Assembly: GCF_963921235.1 (NCBI RefSeq) | Contig: NC_086097.1 | Coordinates: forward strand, 156,366,001 to 156,430,000 | Reading direction: 5' to 3' | Origin: Mobula hypostoma | Lineage: Eukaryota | Length of the DNA stretch: 64,000 nucleotides | Shown: positions 37,472 through 47,032 of the stretch, one piece after another | Position numbering within the stretch: position 1 is the first letter of the stretch | How the letters are laid out: every line of letters starts with the position of its first letter | The notes under the pieces: model-generated | Seen by the model: only the letters and a program-made list of their open reading frames with translations | The model's database searches: none | What the model was told of the DNA's origin: nothing | Translations under genes and position numbers: made by a program

Positions 37472-39869
37472 CTGTTTATAGCATCCTGTCTTGCCATTCA
37501 AGGATGCAGGATAGGACAATAAATTATTTATTTTGCTCAGTTTCAAAACAGATAAGCTGACTAAGTTGTTTAGTACAAAGAAGCTTGCAGACCAGACAGA
37601 TAATATTACTTAGCATGTCTATAACTAACCGATTAATGCTGGGAGTTTTATATACTCAATGATGTTAGCTTTACTGGACTAAATGAGGAACTGCACCTCC
37701 AAGATGTTTTTAGACTGTTTGGGTATCTAAGGAAATATCACATGCGTGTGAAGTCAGCCGAGTGGGACAGAAAGAAGTAGAGAGCAGTTCAGGCTTATTG
37801 GGAATGAGTTAAGGAACTTCAAGAAACTGTGGAAGAACTACGGGTGAACTAGAATTCATTCCACTGTCTTTGGTTTCTGTGATGGTCAGCTTGTTCTTCT
37901 GCATCTTCGGTATGTCTTTTTTAGTTTATAGGAATTGTACCTGTGTTTTGGAAATTCTTTGTCCTTTGTGCTTTGCATTTTAGAAATGGTTTGTAATTTG
38001 GAAATGTTTAAGATACAAATCCCCTGTGAATTTTAAACATTTTAAGAAGATTGTTTGGATTTAAACATGTATCACAGAAAATAAATGAATTGTGTTTAAA
38101 ACTACTTTGTTAGCTGGAAGTATCTTCTCCTTTCTAGGAAGAGGAAACCCACTTTTCAAATAATCTCAAAGCAGTGGATGGATTAATTGATCGTCAAGTG
38201 GTTTCAGAGAAGCTTGTTGATTAACAGTGCAGGAAGAAACCCTTCACAAAGAACATAGTATTTTGTAATTGCAATCACTGTTGAAATGTAAGGCAAGTTG
38301 GCAGACAATTTGCCTGCAGATTCTCTTATGGCAATAGAGTCCATGTTTTGCTGACGTTGGCTGAGGACAGAAAAAGTCCCTCCTCTTTGAAGTTGTGGGT
38401 ATGTAAAGATGTGTAATTGTCTAGAAAGATGGTTCAATTACTCACTGTAGTGAACCACTGAATCATTATAGAGATGTGTGTACTGAGTAATTCCATTACC
38501 AGTTGAAAGATTCTACATTCAGCCTTAACTATTTGCAACATTCAAATCCAGGATCGCTATTCTCCAAAAAATCTGAACCAGTGACCAATCATTTGGCTTT
38601 TACATTTAACTCTCTGAAGGCCGGTAGCTCTAAGTATATCTACAGAGACCCATTCCAAAATGCTCTTTTGCTTCATCCATAAATCCTATCTCAGCTTGAA
38701 AGCTAAGGGGACTGTTTCAATGTGATCCGAAAAAGACTTGCTCTCTATTTTAAAGATCTTAAATTTGATCTTGTACCTTTGTTTCAAATACACTTTAAGC
38801 ATCAGGAAATCTATTGACTGTCAGTAACTCAGCATACACATGGATCATCGCCTGGGTGAGGTGTTCAACTGTATGTAGTGGTTCTGGTGTTATACCCCTG
38901 CAGGCACTGGGAGATGGAGTTAAGAAGCAGAAGTGAGCATAAGAGGTTGGATAAACAACATGATCTGTTTTTAAGTAGGGATATTATCTGATTCATTGAA
39001 ACATTGGAAAAAACCTTGGCTCAGAAAATTAAATAGATTGCATAGTGTGTAAGCTGGAATAGATTGTATCTGGCCTGTGGAAAAATATGATTAATAGATT
39101 AAGTGGATTTTTTTCTTCTTCTACTTTTAATTAAGCAAAACGGGTTAATTTAAATATCTGGAACACAGCAGCTACTAAATTCTCCCCTTAATCTGAGCCT
39201 CAGATGATCCTGATTTCAACAGCCCTTCAGCAAAATTATTGATCAAATGCATCGTATTCTCTTCTTCAGCTATGTGAAGCTGAGTCTCAATGTTATTTAT
39301 TGATAATATCCATGACACTGCATTGCAGATTTTTAGTTTAGGTAATTCTGTGAAGTTCTACTGCCTGAGTCTTTTCTTAAGTGGGCTAATATTGCACCGT
39401 CCTTGAGAAAGAATATGCTTATTTCCTTCTTGATTTCCCTTGGTAAACAGAGGGAGGATAGAAGTTGATGTCGTCATCCCTGCTGGAAACCTTATATTTG
39501 CTGCAGGTTAACTCAAATAGCTGACAACCTATTCGACCTTGAGGTAAGATTTTATCTTATCTACAATTCTGCAAGATTGTCTACCTTTGCAACAACCTGC
39601 CACTGATTCCAATTAGTAAGCCAGTTTATGACATGTACAGGTGGGGGAGCATTGCTGGAGTGCGGCCAATATAGCTGGAGGTTTTCTCACTCAATTCCAT
39701 TATCTCTTTATATGAAAACTGGTTGAACTGCCATGTAATTTCAACATCATTTAACATTTATAGATTTTTTTTATTATTATTCTGATCTGAACATTACATG
39801 GAATAAAGGTCAATGAAATAATGGCATTGGATGTGAGAGAGGAAGAAGTTAATAGAGTCATGAAGATAC

Positions 39870-40150
39870 AGGACAAGAACCAATTCTTCGGCCCACAGTG
39901 TTTGCACCCTTTACCCAGCAGCCGCTTACACTAATCATTAACCATTTTTATTTTCCATTAGCTTTCCCCAGTGCCACCACTGACTGACATACTGGAGGTA
40001 TTGTATAGGCTACCACCTGCACATTTTGGGGAAGTGGAAGAAACTAGGGCACCTGAAAGAAATCCACAGGGTCACTGGGAGAAAATGAAAACTTCACATA
40101 CAATGCACCAGAGGTCAAGGTTAAACTGAGTCACTGGAGCTGTGAAGAAG
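39870..40150 (-). mobile_element. Degenerate V-SINE/HE1-like SINE
   Basis: Reverse V-core (gtggaagaaactagggcacctgaaagaaatccac) and a tRNA-like head remnant. Confidence 0.6.
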
Positions 40151-41600
40151 CAATTTAACAATCTATTATTTTGGTGATTGTGTTTGCATTCATCTTTGGC
40201 ATTTCATCTCTAATTCTCAAATCCACTTCATTTTTCTTCATTTATTCATCAGGAAAGTCATCCGCACTCTGTAACGCTAATGTTGCCACACATAATGGCG
40301 ACAATTTTTATTTTGCATCTGAAATTTGGACTGAATTTCGGAAACAGTGCGAAGCTCTACCACCATCACACAGCACATTTAGCACCTAGGCAATTTTTTC
40401 TTATTACTCAGGAGTGTGCTCTAAATATTTTTCTTGGCATGGCACTCCATGTGGGCACATATAGTTCAATAAGCCAAACACTGAGCACTTTTGACATGGA
40501 TAGCACTGGAGGCAGAGATAGATCTGAACTTTGGACAAGACTTTCTCTCATTGTTCCCATAATAACTACGAGTTGATGTTCATCTTTACCAAGAATAAAA
40601 GAAATAATTATCTGGGTGAACATTTGCCAAAAGTCATAAAAGATATAATTAAAACCTTGTTGAGGATAATATAGATGTGGAGGATCTTTTAAAGAATGAG
40701 TTTGAAATATCAAATTGAGGGATTATATGGCATTCAGAAATTGTGCTCACCTGACTAGTACAGCTTCCAAGCAGTTTCATTCCAAGCATATTATTAACAC
40801 TAACTACACTCTCTCAATAACCAATGGTCATTTATTCGATCTCTCCACAGATCTGTTTTAGGCATCATATATCCTTAGGCCGTGAAAGCTGCTTGCGTTA
40901 GTCTACATGATTCTGAGGAATGATTTTGGAGTCTAACTATCCCTGCAGCTCCTCTGCCACCTGCTTAGAGTTTTGAACACACTAGCTCAGGAATACCACT
41001 ATGAGTTTAATGGGGGTCACAGAAGGGCTGTTCAAAGTGTGATTTTGCTGTCTGCACCACTGATAGCTGGCTGCATTCTTCACCAGCCAGGGTCTTTTTA
41101 CATTGATATGTACAATATTGAAAAACATTTCCCATTGATGAGTTTGGCAATTCACTAGCTGCAAGTAAACCAGGGTGAAAGCCAATATCAAGATGACAGG
41201 AGTAGGTGGAAGAAGATAAGAACAAATAAACACTTAATTGAGACCCTCAATAACTGACCCACCATATCAGTCTTCCCGAAGGATTAGCTGCTGAGAGGAA
41301 ATAAATTATTCTGGAAGAGGTTCTTACAAACTTGATAGCATTTATTGCTTCCCGCGTACTCATTCTCAAATCATCCACAGACTCACAATGTACTTAACCC
41401 ACTAGAAAATTTTACAAATAAAGCTCATTCAGAGATACAATCAGTTACAAACACCTTACACATTGCAAGTATAAATGACTTGCAGAAAGTTACATAATTT
41501 AACATGACTGCGGACTTTATTTCCAATTAGCAGCAGGCTAATGCTTCCACTTCATTTCTCAGTCAACATGGACCTTCTCAGGACAACAGAGTAATTACAT

Positions 41601-41755
41601 GCAACACACGCAAAATGCTAGAGGCTGTCCTGCTGAAGGGTCTCTGCCGAAAATGTCAGCTGTACTCTTTTCCATAGATGCTGCCTGGCATGCTGAGTTC
41701 CTCCAGCATTTTGTGTGTCTTGCTTGGATTTCCAGTATCTGCAGATTTTCTCTTA
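41601..41755 (+). mobile_element. Miniature inverted PLE-end element (155 bp)
   Basis: 24-bp antisense arm (41601-41624) plus a sense unit starting at the hammerhead stem I. Perfect 13-bp TSD agagtaattacat (41588-41600 and 41756-41768). Confidence 0.88.
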
Positions 41756-41869
41756 AGAGTAATTACATACTCATCTTCCATCACTTCTGTTTGTCCTGTC
41801 AACCACCTGAGTCTCGGCCAGCTCAAAGAGGAACAACATTCACCCATTAGTTACCCTGTAAATGAGTCT

Positions 41870-42105
41870 AGCTATATTCCCATCAACTTCACCCCCACTT
41901 CTTATCTATACATTAGGGGAAAGTTAAATTGTTTAATTAACTTAGAAAACCACGTCTTCAAGAATGTGGGAGGAAAGAGGAGTATCAGGACAAACCCTAA
42001 ATGATCATAGTATTGTGAGAAAACACCTTGCAGTCTCACGAGAGGACAAGACTGAACCTGGACTGCCGGTGTTGTGAAGCAGCAACTCTACCAGCTGGGC
42101 TATTA
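41870..42105 (-). mobile_element. Degenerate V-SINE/HE1-like SINE
   Basis: ttaattaacttag...cgtcttcaagaatgtgggaggaaa...gaacctggactgccggtgttgtgaagcagc. Confidence 0.6.
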
Positions 42106-42590
42106 TTCTGTCCTTATCCAACTTTTCAAATCTGTGAATGTAATTCCTCATTATGTAAAATTGATTTGTTTTCCTGGCCAAACAGCTGCTGTAATTTGGA
42201 TTAATCTCAAAACCAGAATGCCTTTATGACAATGTGTTCTTCCCATTTACAAACCATTCAGGTGCACATCAAATGGTCCACTTAACCACACTTGCAGTCC
42301 CTGCATTAATGGAGATTTAAATTCGGAACAATATAATGTACCAATGTGAACAAGGCCTTTAATCTCACTGTGATTCAATGGAACAATGAGGCACAGATTT
42401 TTACTTGATCAGGATATATTCAGCAGCTATATGACCTCACTTGAAATTGTAGCCAAATCTCTATAAGTGCATCTCATTTGGTATATCAACATAAACAACA
42501 GGAATTCTGCAGATGCTGGAAATTCAAGCAACATACATCAAAGTTGCTGGTGAACGCAGCAGGCCAAGCAGCATCTATAGGAAGAGGCGC

Positions 42591-42626
42591 AGTCGACGTT
42601 TCAGGCCGAGACCCTTCGTCAGGACT
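42591..42626 (-). ncRNA. Minimal type I hammerhead ribozyme motif (left arm)
   Basis: Reverse complement reads AGUC-CUGACGA-AGGGUCUCGGCCU-GAAA-CGUC-GACU, identical to the right-arm copy. Confidence 0.8.
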
Positions 42627-44545
42627 AACTGAAGGAAGAGTGAGTTAGGGATTTGAAAGCTGGAGGGGGAGGGGGAGATGCAAAATGATAGGAGAAGACA
42701 GGAGGGGGAGGGATAGAGCCGAGAGCTGGACAGGTGATAGGCAAAAGGGGATACGAGAGGATCATGGGACAGGAGGTCCGGGAAGAAAGACGGGGGGGGG
42801 GTTACCCAGAGGATGGGCAAGAGGTATATTTAGAGGGACAGAGGGAGAAAAAGGAGAGTGAGAGAAAGAATGTGTGCATAAAAATGAGTAACAGATGGGG
42901 TACGAGGGGGAGGTGGGGCCTAGCGGAAGTTAGAGAAGTCAATGTTCATGCCATCAGGTTGGAGGCTACCCAGACGGAATATAAGGTGTTGTTCCTCCAA
43001 CCTGAGTGTGGCTTCATCTTTACAGTAGAGGAGGCCGTGGATAGACATGTCAGAATAGGAATGGGATGTGGAATTAAAATGTGTGGCCACTGGGAGATCC
43101 TGCTTTCTCTGGCGGACAGAGCGTAGATGTTCAGCAAAGCGGTCTCCCAGTCTGCGTCGGGTCTCACCAATATATAAAAGGCCACATCGGGAGCACCGGA
43201 CGCAGTATATCACCCCAGTCGACTCACAGGTGAAGTGATCCCTCACCTGGAAGGACTATTTGGGGCCCTGAATGGTGGTAAGGGAGGAAGTGTAAGGGCA
43301 TGTGTAGCACTTGTTCCGCTTACACGGATAAGTGCCAGGAGGGAGATCAGTGGGGAGGGATGGGGGGGACGAATGGACAAGGGAGTTGTGTAGGGAGCGA
43401 TCCCTGCAGAATGCAGAGAGAGGGGGGGAGGGAAAGATGTGCTTAATGGTGGGATCCCGTTGGAGGTGGCGGAAGTTACGGAGAATAATATGTCGGACCC
43501 AGAGGCTGGTGGGGCGGTAGGTGAGGACCAGGGGAACCCTATTCCTAGTGGGGTGGTGGGAGGATGGAGTGAGAGCAGATGTACGTGAAATGGGGGAGAT
43601 GCGTTTAAGAGCAGAGTTGATAGTGGAGGAAGGGAAGCCCCTTTCTTTAAAAAATGAAGACATCTCCCTCGTCCTAGAATGAAAAGCCTCATCCTGAGAG
43701 CAGATGTGGCGGAGACGGAGGAATTGCGAGAAGGGGATGACATTTTTGCAAGAGACAGAGTGAGAAGAGGAATAGTCCAGATAGCTGTGAGCTATCTACT
43801 ATAAGCCTACTGACTCTCACAGCTATCTCCCTCCTGGCACTTATCCGTGTAAGCGGAACAAGTGCTACACATGCCCTTACACTTCCTCCCTTACCACCAT
43901 TCAGGGCCCCAAACAGTCCTTCCAGGTGAGGCATCACTTCACCTGTGAGTCGACTGGGGTGATATACTGCGTCCGGTGCTCCTGATGTGGCCTTTTATAT
44001 ATTGGTGAGACCCGACGCAGACTGGGAGACCGCTTTGCTGAACATCTACGCTCTGTCCGCCAGAGAAAGCAGGATCTCCGAGTGGCCACACATTTTAATT
44101 CCACATCCCATTCCCATTCTGACATGTCTATCCACGGCCTCCTCTACCGTAAAGATGAAGCCACACTCAGGTTGGAGGAACAACACCTTATATTCCGTCT
44201 GGGTAGCCTCCAACCTGATGGCATGAACATTGACTTCGCTAACTTCCGCTAGGCCCCACCTCCCCCTCGTACCCCATCTGTTACTCATTTTTATGCACAC
44301 ATTCTTTCTCTCACTCTCCTTTTTCTCCCTCTGTTCCTCTGAATATACCTCTTGCCCATCCTCTGGGTCACCCCCCCCCCGTCTTTCTTCCAGGACCTCC
44401 TGTCCCATGATCCTCTCGTATCCCCTTTTGCCTATCACCTGTCCAGCTCTCGGCTCTATCCCTCCCCCTCCTGTCTTCTCCTATCATTTTGCATCTCCCC
44501 CTCCCCCTCCAGCTTTCAAATCCCTTACTCACTCTTCCTTCAGTT

Positions 44546-44581
44546 AGTCCTGACGAAGGGTCTCGGCCTGAAACGTCGACT
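44546..44581 (+). ncRNA. Minimal type I hammerhead ribozyme motif (right arm)
   Basis: Stem I AGUC/GACU, core CUGACGA, short stem II, GAAA, near-absent self-complementary stem III (ACGU). The GUC triplet predicts cleavage after 44577. PLEs are known to carry such motifs. Confidence 0.8.
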
Positions 44582-44689
44582 GCGCCTCTTCCTATAGATG
44601 CTGCTTGACCTGCTGCGTTCACCAGCAACTTTGATGTGTGTTGCTGGTATATCAACATGTTCAATTACAAACAATGGTTTGGTGAAAGG

Positions 44690-45120
44690 TGTTTAAGGGG
44701 TGGTGGGTCAGGTTTGTTTTTTTTTCTTAGACTGAAGGTCTGTGGTCAATTGGGTACGCTGCAATGATTAATGCTGTGTTCTTTGATGTTTGTAGAGGAT
44801 TTTAGGTGAGGGGAAAAGATTTAGAGGAAGGGTGGGTTTTTCACACAGAGGCTGATGGGCATATGGAATGAACTGCTAGAGAAAGTGCAAAAGATGGGTA
44901 CAATTCCAAATTTTGAAAGACATTTAGGCAATTTCATGGAATAGAAAGGTTTAGAGCAGAGGTTTCCAACATGGACTCCTTGCTTAAAGGTATTGGTCCA
45001 TGGCATAAAAAAATGTTGGGAAGCCCTGATTTAGAGGAATATGGGGCTAGCTCAGGCAAGCACCTTGATCAGTATGGATGAGTCAGGCCAAAGAGCTTGC
45101 TTCCGTGCTCTGTGCCTCTG
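44690..45120 (+). mobile_element. Old CR1 fragments
   Basis: FFTQRLMGIWNELLEKV-like translation at ~44838 and a CR1-type 3' UTR. Confidence 0.65.
44957..45028. mobile_element. 72-bp hAT (Charlie-type) MITE
   Basis: Imperfect TIRs cagaggtttccaac / gttgggaagccctg and an 8-bp TSD gtttagag / atttagag. Partial relatives at ~27604-27658 and 50829-50890. Confidence 0.75.
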
Positions 45121-45997
45121 ACTAACCTCCAAGTTTAATAGTCACACACAAGAAGCATCTTGTAAAGAAATAGTGCACTTCAGAAGTAAATGTAGTATTA
45201 TCTAGGACATGTTGGAAGACTGCCTTTGACATCAAGACCAAATGTAAAATCGAGGATCCTAGTCGAACTGAAAGTGGTAGGCATCAAAGAGAAATAACAT
45301 TCGAATGGTATGAGTTGATCGTTTAAAGGAGTCAGTCATGCCAGACACAGGACCTTTCTGAAAGAGAGCCTCTGAGTATCTCAGGCCTAACCATCTTCAA
45401 TTGCTTCATTAATAATCATTTTTCCATTATGAAGTTGGAATATTTGCAGATGCTTAACTGACATTCAGTTCCATTTGCCAGTCTTCACGAAATAAAGTAG
45501 TCCATGCTTGCATACACCATACACCATAAATTGGCATATATTATTTACACCAATAATGATCTTCAATAAAGCAGAGTCTGATCAGCTACTGTACCTATAG
45601 CTGTTAGAACAGTTCAGAAGCAGAACATCTTTAGTGATTGACTCTCCTCCTGCCTCTTCTGGCATCTCAAATGCACAAGTCATAACCTTTGTGAAATATT
45701 TCCATTTGCCTGGATGATTGCATTGCCTATAAAATCAAAGAGTCTGGATATAATCCAGCTCAAAGTAAGCAGTTTGAATGGCATCTTACCCACTCTCTAA
45801 ACGTTAATTTCCTTCACCATGGAGCACTATAGCTGCACTATGCTCTATATATAAAATACAACAGCATGCTTGTCTACACAAATGGCACCCCTCCTAAATA
45901 CACATCTTCTAAAACTAAGAATAAAGTTAACAGCACATGGAAATAATACCCATTTCATCTTCTCCATCTACCCTTATACCGACCTAACCTGGGAATC

Positions 45998-46480
45998 CAG
46001 TCAATTCAAGTTAATTGAGACACATTGATACTAGTACATCTTGACACAATTAAGCGGCTGCTCCAGTTAGCTGAAGCTTCATGGAATTAGTTAAAAAGGT
46101 ATAAAAAAGACAACTATAAAACTGTGTGATACTTTGGATTGTTTTAAAGTCAAAATAAAAAATAAAATGATCAAAAATCACTCCTTTTTGAATTGGTGTC
46201 CGTTAGTCCAAATAGATGCCATAGCACAAGCTCATGCAACTAACGCTATTTAAAAACTTCACTCTAAGAATGATGTTGTGCCTCACAATCTCACAAAAGC
46301 ACGTGACTGACGCTAGGTAGAAACTGTTCAGCATAGTGTTCTGTCCCAATTAAGTACATAGTGTCCCAAATAAACAAAGGGAATTCCAGCTGTTTGCTTG
46401 ATCCGTTTTTTCCCTTAAGAGTGGTCCCAAATAATCATTTCTCCCAATTAACTGATGGCCCAATTAACTGGAATTCACTG
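45998..46480. mobile_element. Tc1/mariner-superfamily (Tigger/pogo-like) MITE
   Basis: Imperfect TIRs cagtcaattcaagttaattg / caattaactggaattcactg and repeated internal cccaatta motifs. The TA TSD is decayed. Confidence 0.6.
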
Positions 46481-46542
46481 CATATCACTGTTCCTTCCTT
46501 ACCATTGGATCTATATCCTGGAACCTTCTACCACATAACATT

Positions 46543-46826
46543 GGACCATAAGACCACAAGTCATAAGATCAGAATTAGGCAATATGACCTATTGAATCTG
46601 CTCCGCCATTCCAAAATGGCTGGTTTATTATCCCTATCAACACTATTCTCTTGTCTTCTCCCCATAACCTTTGGTGCTCTTGCTAATTACGAACCTAGCA
46701 ACCTCCACTTTAAATATTCCCAATGATTTGGCAATGAACTCTAGAGATTCACCACCCGCTGGCTAAAGAAATTCCTCTTCATCTTATTTCAAATGTGTTG
46801 GTCCCTTTATTCTGAGGCTGTGCCAC
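46543..46826 (-). mobile_element. CR1 3' end fragment
   Basis: gaccataagaccacaag tail, collinear with 14146-14440. Confidence 0.8.
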
Positions 46827-47032
46827 AGATTAGAATCTTTATCAGAGATTCAAACAAGTGCTTACCACCATATTCTCAAAGGACATTAGGGTTTGGACAA
46901 TAAATTTAGGTCATTTCGGACATAACTATGTCAGGAGAACTGAATTACAACCATGCAATGCTGTACTTCAGACAGGTAAACCTATTTCTATCCTTCTGTG
47001 ATTGTTTAAAAAGCAATAACTTCAGTAAGAGC

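Larger units (their letters stand above)
42493..44644 (-). mobile_element. Young 5'-truncated Penelope-like element with 820-bp inverted arms
   Basis: Minus strand 42920-43790 encodes the RT thumb/linker, CKRNKCYTC and a GIY-YIG (GVIYCVRCSRCGLLYIGETRRRLGDRFAEH). 42528-43347 is the reverse complement of 43825-44644. Perfect 14-bp TSD tggtatatcaacat (42479-42492 and 44645-44658). Confidence 0.96.

Noticed and set aside
39507..39543. Possible 37-nt micro-exon (ctgcag|...gag|gtaaga; LTQIADNLFDLE)
   Set aside because: Splice-like motifs of this quality occur by chance in 64 kb. No partner exons or recognisable protein; RNA-seq would be needed.
42493..44644. Interpreting the palindrome as a DNA transposon with long TIRs or as an assembly artefact
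   Set aside because: The arms encode a PLE endonuclease, are asymmetric by a 35-nt tail, differ by scattered substitutions, and are bounded by a 14-bp TSD.
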